From positions 5,191 to 69,190 of the forward strand of contig JBEIQI010000001.1 of the NCBI GenBank assembly GCA_040376605.1: DNA of 64,000 bases, given 5' to 3'. Source of the DNA: Flavobacteriales bacterium (GTDB lineage Bacteria > Bacteroidota > Bacteroidia > CAIKAF01). This document shows positions 57,754 through 64,000 of this stretch, piece after piece; the stretch's first letter is position 1; each line of letters begins with the position of its first letter. Made by a program: the position numbers and the translations under genes. A model generated the notes under the pieces. The model had not been told where the DNA came from. It saw nothing but the letters and a program-made list of their open reading frames with translations, and did not search any database.

Positions 57754-58944
57754 ATGAATTTTTTTAAAAACCTTGGTCTCTCTGCTGTTTTATTTGTTTT
57801 TGGGTTCATTATGCCAAACCTTTTTGCCCAAAATCATGATCACCCTGCAGATACTGGAGCCGTTCATGAAGATCATGTAGAAGCCAATCATGGAAATAAA
57901 GAGGAAGCTGAAGAAGAAGATTATTTTGGTTCATTCGTATTTCATCATATTTCGGATGATTATATGTTCCAAATTTTTGATGATATCTACTGTCCATTAC
58001 CCGTAATTATTTTTGAACCAGGATCTGGATTAGATGTTTTCTTATCCAATCAATTATTGGAGAAAGATGAAAATCATTTATCAAGAGGAAAATATTTTTA
58101 CCACCACGGAAATTTGGTTATCGCGGAATTAGATGAACATGGTCATGCCAAGATGGATAGTTTAGGACATCCTGTTGGTAAACATGAAGCTAAACTATTG
58201 GATGTTGGGAAATCGGATGTATTCTATAATTTTTCTATCACCAAAAATGTTTTTGGAATCCTTTTGGCCTGTGCGGTTATTGTTCTTATTTTCTTTAGCG
58301 TGGCTTCTAAATACAAGAAGAACCCAAACTCAGCACCACGTGGATTACAAGGAGCTCTTGAGCCTTTAATTTTATATGTACAGGACGATGTGGTGAAGCC
58401 ATCTATAGGCAAGAAATATGAAAGATTCTTACCATATTTATTAACCCTATTCTTCTTTATTTGGATCAATAACATGATAGGGTTGATTCCATTTTTCCCG
58501 GGGAGTGCTAACGTTACCGGAAATATTGCGGTAACCTTTACTCTTGCATTTTTTGCTTTGATTATACAAGTTGTGAATGGGAATAAAAACTTCTGGGGTC
58601 ATATTTTTTGGTTTCCAGGAGTGCCAGTGCCGGTAAAACTTTTACTTGCGGTAATTGAATTTATTGGATTATTTACTAAGCCGTTTTCATTAATGATACG
58701 TTTGTTTGCGAACATTACCGCAGGTCATATCATCATTATGAGTATCATCGGTATTACGTTTGTTATGAAGAGTTTGGCCCTTGGATTTGCCACTTCTATT
58801 TTTTCAGTAGCGATGTTCGTTCTGGAATTATTAGTAGCGCTTATCCAGGCTTATATATTTACTTTGCTTACATCATTAATGATAGGATCGGCTTTGGAAG
58901 AGGGGCATCACGATCATCATGAAACGGCGGAAGCGAAACATTAA
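57754..58944 (+). CDS. atpB: F0F1 ATP synthase subunit a
   Basis: Track ORF 57637. Better start MNFFKNLGLSAVLFVFGFI (57754). Conserved ...MIRLFANITAGHIIIMS... (essential Arg) and C-terminal ...LIQAYIFTLLT... His-rich N- and C-terminal tails. Confidence 0.85.
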   Translation: MNFFKNLGLSAVLFVFGFIMPNLFAQNHDHPADTGAVHEDHVEANHGNKEEAEEEDYFGSFVFHHISDDYMFQIFDDIYCPLPVIIFEPGSGLDVFLSNQLLEKDENHLSRGKYFYHHGNLVIAELDEHGHAKMDSLGHPVGKHEAKLLDVGKSDVFYNFSITKNVFGILLACAVIVLIFFSVASKYKKNPNSAPRGLQGALEPLILYVQDDVVKPSIGKKYERFLPYLLTLFFFIWINNMIGLIPFFPGSANVTGNIAVTFTLAFFALIIQVVNGNKNFWGHIFWFPGVPVPVKLLLAVIEFIGLFTKPFSLMIRLFANITAGHIIIMSIIGITFVMKSLALGFATSIFSVAMFVLELLVALIQAYIFTLLTSLMIGSALEEGHHDHHETAEAKH

Positions 58945-58959
58945 GTTGGATTTTTTTAA

Positions 58960-59226
<267 letters not shown>

Positions 59227-59234
59227 AAAAACGA

Positions 59235-59270
59235 AGCGGTGTTCCGGCGATTGGCCGGAACCGCTTTTTT
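59235..59270 (+). terminator. GC-rich hairpin plus T-run between atpE and atpF (intra-operon attenuator or terminator)
   Basis: agcggtgttccggc-gatt-ggccggaaccgc followed by TTTTTTG. Confidence 0.7.
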
Positions 59271-59295
59271 GTATTAAAGAAAAAAGATTAAGAAT

Positions 59296-59790
59296 ATGGA
59301 ATTGTTAAACCCCAGTTTTGGACTTGTTGTTTGGACCACATTTTCATTTTTGATATTGTTGGTTTTATTGCGTCGTTTTGCATGGAAGCCTATTTTGGGT
59401 ACCATCAAAAAGAGAGAAGAATCCATTAACAATGCATTAAACTCTGCCAAAGAAGCTGAGCTAAAATTAACTGCTTTAAAATCAGAAAATGAAGCATTAT
59501 TGGCTGAAGCTAGAAAAGAAAGAGATGCTATTTTGAAGGAAGCTCGTGAGGCAAAAGAGAGAATTATTAATGAGGCCAAAGGAATTGCTCAAGAAGAAGC
59601 TGCTCGATTAACCGCAAGTGCTAGAGAGAATATTAACAACGAAAAAATGAAAGCCGTTACCGAGTTACGTAACCAGGTGGCCATTTTATCAGTGGAAATT
59701 GCGGAGAAGATCTTGAAGGAAAAAATGGCTGATAGCGCTAAGCAAACGGAGGTGATGGAAAATATTATGAAAGAGGTAACCTTAAATTAA
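59296..59790 (+). CDS. atpF: F0F1 ATP synthase subunit b
   Basis: 164 aa. N-terminal TM (FGLVVWTTFSFLILLVLL), then a long charged coiled-coil. Confidence 0.8.
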   Translation: MELLNPSFGLVVWTTFSFLILLVLLRRFAWKPILGTIKKREESINNALNSAKEAELKLTALKSENEALLAEARKERDAILKEAREAKERIINEAKGIAQEEAARLTASARENINNEKMKAVTELRNQVAILSVEIAEKILKEKMADSAKQTEVMENIMKEVTLN

Positions 59791-59797
59791 AAAAGAA

Positions 59798-60370
59798 ATG
59801 GCAGGTTATAGTGTTTTAGCTTCCAGATATGCTCATTCGTTGTTTTCACTAGCGCAGGAGAAAGGATTAACCAATGAGGTAGAGGCTGATTTGATTGGTA
59901 TAAAAAATGCGTTTCATGAAAGTGCAGATTTGAGAAGTTTTTTAAAGAGTCCTGTTATCAATATCAATACCAAAAAAGCTGCTTTAGAAAAAGCTTTTGG
60001 TCCTCATGTTTCAAAACTTACTTTGTTGTTTTTAGATAAGTTGGTGGAGGCAAGAAGAGAATATTATATTGCTGAAGTAGCTGAAGCTTTTAGAGATTCA
60101 TTTAAAAAGTTGAATGGAGTAGTTACTGCTAAAGTAATTACTGCCGCTCCAATGAATGATAAAATTAGAGCCGAAGTAACCAGAATTGTTAAAGATAATA
60201 AGGAGTTTATCAATGCATCATCAATTGAAATTGAAGAGAAAATTGATCCAAGTTTAATTGGAGGTATCATCATTAATGTTGGAGACAAGCAAATTGATGC
60301 AAGCTTCAGCAGAATGATTAATGAGTTTAAAATGGCATTTAGCCATAACTATTACGTAAAAGAATTTTAA
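59798..60370 (+). CDS. atpH: F0F1 ATP synthase subunit delta (OSCP)
   Basis: 190 aa. ...ASRYAHSLFSLAQEKG... N-terminal OSCP pattern. Position between b and alpha. Confidence 0.75.
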   Translation: MAGYSVLASRYAHSLFSLAQEKGLTNEVEADLIGIKNAFHESADLRSFLKSPVININTKKAALEKAFGPHVSKLTLLFLDKLVEARREYYIAEVAEAFRDSFKKLNGVVTAKVITAAPMNDKIRAEVTRIVKDNKEFINASSIEIEEKIDPSLIGGIIINVGDKQIDASFSRMINEFKMAFSHNYYVKEF

Positions 60371-60393
60371 TAAGATTTTAAATACACATTTCT

Positions 60394-61968
60394 ATGGCAG
60401 AAATTAAGGCAACAGAAGTAACAGCAATTTTAAGAGAACAACTTTCGGGTTTTAAGTCTCATGCTGAATTAGAAGAGGTAGGTACTGTATTACAAATTGG
60501 TGATGGAGTTGCCCGTATCTTTGGATTAAATAATGTAGAATCTGGGGAGTTGATCGAGTTTCATAATGGTTTACGTGCCATCGTATTGAATCTTGAAGAG
60601 GACCACGTGGGTGCCGTATTATTAGGGGAAGCAAAAGGAATTAAAGAAGGTGATACCGTTAAACGTACCCGTAAAATTGCTTCTATTAAAGTAGGTGATG
60701 GCATGTTAGGTCGTGTTATTGATACTTTAGGAACTCCTATTGATGGAAAAGGCCCATTAACTGGTGAATTATTAGAAATGCCATTAGAAAGAAAGGCTCC
60801 CGGAGTTATTTACCGTCAACCAGTAAATGAGCCATTGCAAACGGGTATCAAAGCGATTGATGCGATGATTCCAATTGGTCGTGGACAAAGAGAGTTGATC
60901 ATTGGTGACCGTCAAACGGGTAAAACTGCCGTGGCCATTGATACCATTATTAATCAAAAAGAATTTTACGATAGAGGCGAACCTGTATTTTGTATTTATG
61001 TGGCAGTTGGTCAAAAATCATCAACTGTTGCCGCTATTGCAAATACATTAGAGAAATATGGTGCTATGCCTTATAGTGTTATTGTATCTTCATCTGCTGC
61101 AGATCCTGCTCCTATGCAGTTTTATGCGCCATTTGCTGGTGCCGCAATCGGAGAATATTTCCGTGATACCGGTCGTCCTGCATTAATTATTTATGATGAC
61201 TTATCGAAACAAGCCGTAGCTTATCGTGAGGTATCTTTATTATTACGTAGACCACCGGGACGTGAAGCTTATCCTGGAGACGTGTTCTACTTACATAGCC
61301 GTTTGCTTGAAAGAGCTGCCAAGGTAATTGCCAATGATGAGATTGCATCTCAAATGAACGATTTACCTGAATCATTAAAGGGTAGAGTAAAAGGAGGGGG
61401 TTCTTTAACAGCTCTTCCGATTATCGAAACTCAAGCGGGTGACGTTTCAGCTTATATTCCTACTAACGTAATTTCTATTACCGACGGACAAATATTCCTT
61501 GAATCGAATTTATTTAATGCGGGTGTTCGTCCTGCCATTAACGTAGGTATTTCGGTATCTCGTGTAGGAGGAAATGCTCAAATTAAATCGATGAAAAAGG
61601 TTGCTGGTACTTTAAAATTAGACCAGGCTCAATATAGAGAGTTAGAGGCTTTCTCTAAATTCGGTTCGGATTTAGATGCATCTACCAAATCGGTATTGGA
61701 TAAAGGATCTCGTAACGTGGAAATTCTAAAGCAAGGGCAGTTTTCTCCATCATCTGTAGAAAAACAAATTGCCATTATTTATGCAGGAACAAAAAATTTA
61801 TTGAGAAATGTTCCAATCAATAAAGTAAAAGAATTTGAAGCGGATTATTTAGGGGTATTGGAAGCTACGCATCCTGAAGTATTAGATGGTTTACGTAAGG
61901 GTCAGTACAACGATGAGATCGAGAAAGTATTAACCAAGGTGGCTGCTGATGTAGCTGCTAAGTATTAA
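60394..61968 (+). CDS. atpA: F0F1 ATP synthase subunit alpha
   Basis: 524 aa. Walker [16 protein letters not shown], ...[16 protein letters not shown]... and other alpha-specific motifs. Confidence 0.9.
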   Translation: MAEIKATEVTAILREQLSGFKSHAELEEVGTVLQIGDGVARIFGLNNVESGELIEFHNGLRAIVLNLEEDHVGAVLLGEAKGIKEGDTVKRTRKIASIKVGDGMLGRVIDTLGTPIDGKGPLTGELLEMPLERKAPGVIYRQPVNEPLQTGIKAIDAMIPIGRGQRELIIGDRQTGKTAVAIDTIINQKEFYDRGEPVFCIYVAVGQKSSTVAAIANTLEKYGAMPYSVIVSSSAADPAPMQFYAPFAGAAIGEYFRDTGRPALIIYDDLSKQAVAYREVSLLLRRPPGREAYPGDVFYLHSRLLERAAKVIANDEIASQMNDLPESLKGRVKGGGSLTALPIIETQAGDVSAYIPTNVISITDGQIFLESNLFNAGVRPAINVGISVSRVGGNAQIKSMKKVAGTLKLDQAQYRELEAFSKFGSDLDASTKSVLDKGSRNVEILKQGQFSPSSVEKQIAIIYAGTKNLLRNVPINKVKEFEADYLGVLEATHPEVLDGLRKGQYNDEIEKVLTKVAADVAAKY

Positions 61969-62055
61969 TAAAACGGAATTGCGGCAGGGATAGTAGTTTC
62001 GGCAATGCCGAGACGGATAGCCCGGTACAGCCGCCCAACATAAAAAATACAGGCC

Positions 62056-62937
62056 ATGGCCAATTTAAAGGAAGTTAGAAATAGAATTGTATCGGTAAAT
62101 TCAACCAGACAGATTACCAGCGCTATGAAGTTGGTATCTGCTGCTAAATTGAAAAAAGCCCAGGATGCCATTACTAAAATGCGTCCTTATTCGAATAAAC
62201 TAACCGAGATTTTACAAAACCTAAGCCAATCTATGAATGCCAATGAAGGCATTTATACCCAGCAACGTGAAGTAAAAAATGTTTTGCTTATTGTAGTTAC
62301 TTCTAATAGAGGTTTATGTGGTGCTTTTAATGCCAATGTAATTAAACGTGCTAACTATGCCATTGAACATAGCTACAAACAAATACAGCAGGAAGGAAAT
62401 TTATCGGTAATTACTGTTGGGAAAAAAGCAACTCAACTTTTTTCTAAGAAAAACGTGAACCTGATCAGCTCTCACGATGATATTTTTAACGGAATTAGTT
62501 TTGAAGCTGTTATTCCGGTTGCTGAAGCTGTAATGAAATTGTTTGCTGAAGGTAAAGTTGATAAAGTTGAATTCTTCTATAACCAATTTAAAACGGCTGC
62601 TACCCAAATGGTACAACAGGAACAATTTTTACCTGTATTGCCTCCTGTAGCAAAAGAAGGTGCTAATAAAAGTACGCAAGAGTATATTTTTGAGCCTTCT
62701 AAAGAAGAAATTATCCAGAACTTAATTCCTCTTTCCTTAAAAACTCAATTTTTTAAAGTGATTTTGGATTCTAATGCATCAGAACATGGTGCTCGTATGA
62801 CGGCTATGCATAAGGCTACAGACAATGCCGGTGAATTATTAAAGGCATTAAAATTGTCATATAACAAGGCCCGTCAGTCTGCTATTACCAATGAGATCCT
62901 TGAGATCTCTGCCGGAGCAGAAGCTTTAAAAGGCTAG
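62056..62937 (+). CDS. atpG: F0F1 ATP synthase subunit gamma
   Basis: 293 aa. N-terminal MANLKEVRNRIVSVNSTRQITSAMKLVSAAKLKKAQ and C-terminal ...NKARQSAITNEILEI... are gamma-subunit hallmarks. Confidence 0.85.
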   Translation: MANLKEVRNRIVSVNSTRQITSAMKLVSAAKLKKAQDAITKMRPYSNKLTEILQNLSQSMNANEGIYTQQREVKNVLLIVVTSNRGLCGAFNANVIKRANYAIEHSYKQIQQEGNLSVITVGKKATQLFSKKNVNLISSHDDIFNGISFEAVIPVAEAVMKLFAEGKVDKVEFFYNQFKTAATQMVQQEQFLPVLPPVAKEGANKSTQEYIFEPSKEEIIQNLIPLSLKTQFFKVILDSNASEHGARMTAMHKATDNAGELLKALKLSYNKARQSAITNEILEISAGAEALKG

Positions 62938-63009
62938 TTTTTGTTTTTATTCTCGCATTTGATCCTTATATCCTGAGAAGTTATATTTTTATATAACTCA
63001 ACTAAGGTT

Positions 63010-64000
63010 ATGACCAATAATGTATATGCTTATTTAACACCTATTGCCATTCTATTTATTTTATTGGAGGTTGGTTTGGTGTTATTGTTTAAACGAAAGT
63101 ACATTCGATTTCAAGAGGCCATTGCTAATTTTGGAACAGCCCTTGGCAATCAAACCATGAATGTTTTGGTTGCTGCCGGAGTCTTTGTTGTATATGGAAT
63201 TTTATGGGAACGGTCTCGATTCATTAACCAAATTGATATAACTAATCCTATCAATTTTATCCTCCTTTTGTTGGGGGTAGATTTTATTTTTTATTGGGTG
63301 CATCGTTGGGGTCATCATATTAATATTATGTGGGCTGCCCATTCGCCACATCATTCTGCCGAGGAGATGAATTATCTGGTGGCTTTAAGAGCCAGTGTAA
63401 CGCAACGTTTATTTTCATTTTTCTTTTTTTGGCCCTTGGCTCTTATTGGGTTTAAGCCCGAACATATTTATATGATGACAGGTTTGCATTTATTTATTGC
63501 TTTTTTACATCATACAGAGTTTATTCCTAAACTTTGGAGGGGTATTGAATTTTTGTTTACTACACCATCACATCATCGGGTTCACCATGGGGTTAACTTT
63601 AAATACCTGGATAAAAATTTTGGTGAATTTTTAATAGTGTGGGATCGTTTGTTTGGCACATTTGCCGAGGAAAAGGAGAAGGTAGTTTATGGGATGTACA
63701 ATGGACCTAAAACATGGAATCCCATTTATATCAATTTTCATTATTATATACAGCTATGGAAATTGGCCAATGAATCGAAAAGTTTTTGGCCTAAACTCAT
63801 CATTTGGTTTATGCCTTTGGGATGGACACCAAAGGATGTAAAACCCAAACCTGCAAATGTGGAAATGACCCAACAAAATCAGGTTAAATTTAAAACGATT
63901 ATGTTCCCAATGGCTAAACCCTATCTGCTGTTACAAACTGTTTTTGGGGTAGTCTTGATGTTATTAATTATTTCACCTAATTCAACCTGGTTGGTTTATG
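63010..64000 (+). CDS. Fatty acid hydroxylase / sterol desaturase superfamily membrane protein (second paralog); runs off the window end
   Basis: Not in the ORF track (no stop in the window). ATG at 63010. His boxes HRWGHH, HSPHHS, HHRVHHG and 4 or more TM segments. Confidence 0.7.
   Translation, partial: MTNNVYAYLTPIAILFILLEVGLVLLFKRKYIRFQEAIANFGTALGNQTMNVLVAAGVFVVYGILWERSRFINQIDITNPINFILLLLGVDFIFYWVHRWGHHINIMWAAHSPHHSAEEMNYLVALRASVTQRLFSFFFFWPLALIGFKPEHIYMMTGLHLFIAFLHHTEFIPKLWRGIEFLFTTPSHHRVHHGVNFKYLDKNFGEFLIVWDRLFGTFAEEKEKVVYGMYNGPKTWNPIYINFHYYIQLWKLANESKSFWPKLIIWFMPLGWTPKDVKPKPANVEMTQQNQVKFKTIMFPMAKPYLLLQTVFGVVLMLLIISPNSTWLVY

Noticed and set aside
61969-62055. GC-rich spacer between atpA and atpG as a regulatory hairpin
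   Set aside because: Only short imperfect complementarity (GCGGCA/TGCCGA) and no T-run. This is probably just an intergenic spacer within the operon.
62960-62995. AT-only hairpin AGTTATAT-TTT-ATATAACT after atpG as a terminator
   Set aside because: It is a perfect 8-bp inverted repeat, but entirely A/T and lacks a following T-run. It is too weak to call an intrinsic terminator with confidence.

Overview
This 64-kb window is a low-GC, gene-dense chromosomal segment that almost certainly comes from a Bacteroidetes genome (Flavobacteriia, Sphingobacteriia or Cytophagia type). The evidence is three secreted proteins with recognisable type IX secretion (T9SS) C-terminal sorting domains, several promoters matching the Bacteroidetes TTG / TAnnTTTG consensus, and the gene content. 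The ORF track counts TTG/GTG as 'M', so some listed starts are alternative start codons. I found about 75 plausible genes and no rRNA, tRNA, CRISPR array, transposase or integrase.

Recognisable content, in order:
- aroA/aroB
- proline dehydrogenase
- a KdsC-like phosphatase and NeuB-like synthase pair, followed by a fatty-acid-hydroxylase-family membrane enzyme and a paired SMR-like transporter
- frr and mazG
- an MBOAT O-acyltransferase pair
- an NdpA-like nucleoid protein
- a GluP / ROK kinase / glycosylasparaginase block
- a Crp/Fnr regulator with a quinone reductase
- a five-gene minus-strand operon resembling a gamma-glutamylation (Puu-like) pathway that uses an iron alcohol dehydrogenase (ADH) in place of an amine oxidase (candidate amino-alcohol/ethanolamine catabolism)
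- a SAM-I riboswitch-controlled methionine operon (metY-metX-hom, split YeeE/YedE, OsmC-like protein, metZ/metB-like)
- dnaB
- a B12-binding radical SAM / NPPY methyltransferase / flippase-like / lipoprotein cluster
- a T9SS locus (type-B C-terminal-domain (CTD) adhesin, type-A CTD small cargo, TPR lipoprotein resembling PorW/SprE)
- a bactofilin followed by an atpZ/I-B-E-F-H-A-G F-type ATP synthase operon with no atpD/atpC

Unexplained or unusual signals:
- a roughly 175-nt GC-enriched, highly structured element between two intrinsic terminators next to frr (candidate sRNA, possibly 6S-like)
- two genes each broken by a 1-nt shift exactly at an A7 homopolymer tract
- several perfect inverted repeats in promoter regions
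- a thioredoxin with a CGSC active site
- additional GC-rich intergenic blocks

All functional calls come from reading the translated ORFs and the DNA by eye. No database searches were run.
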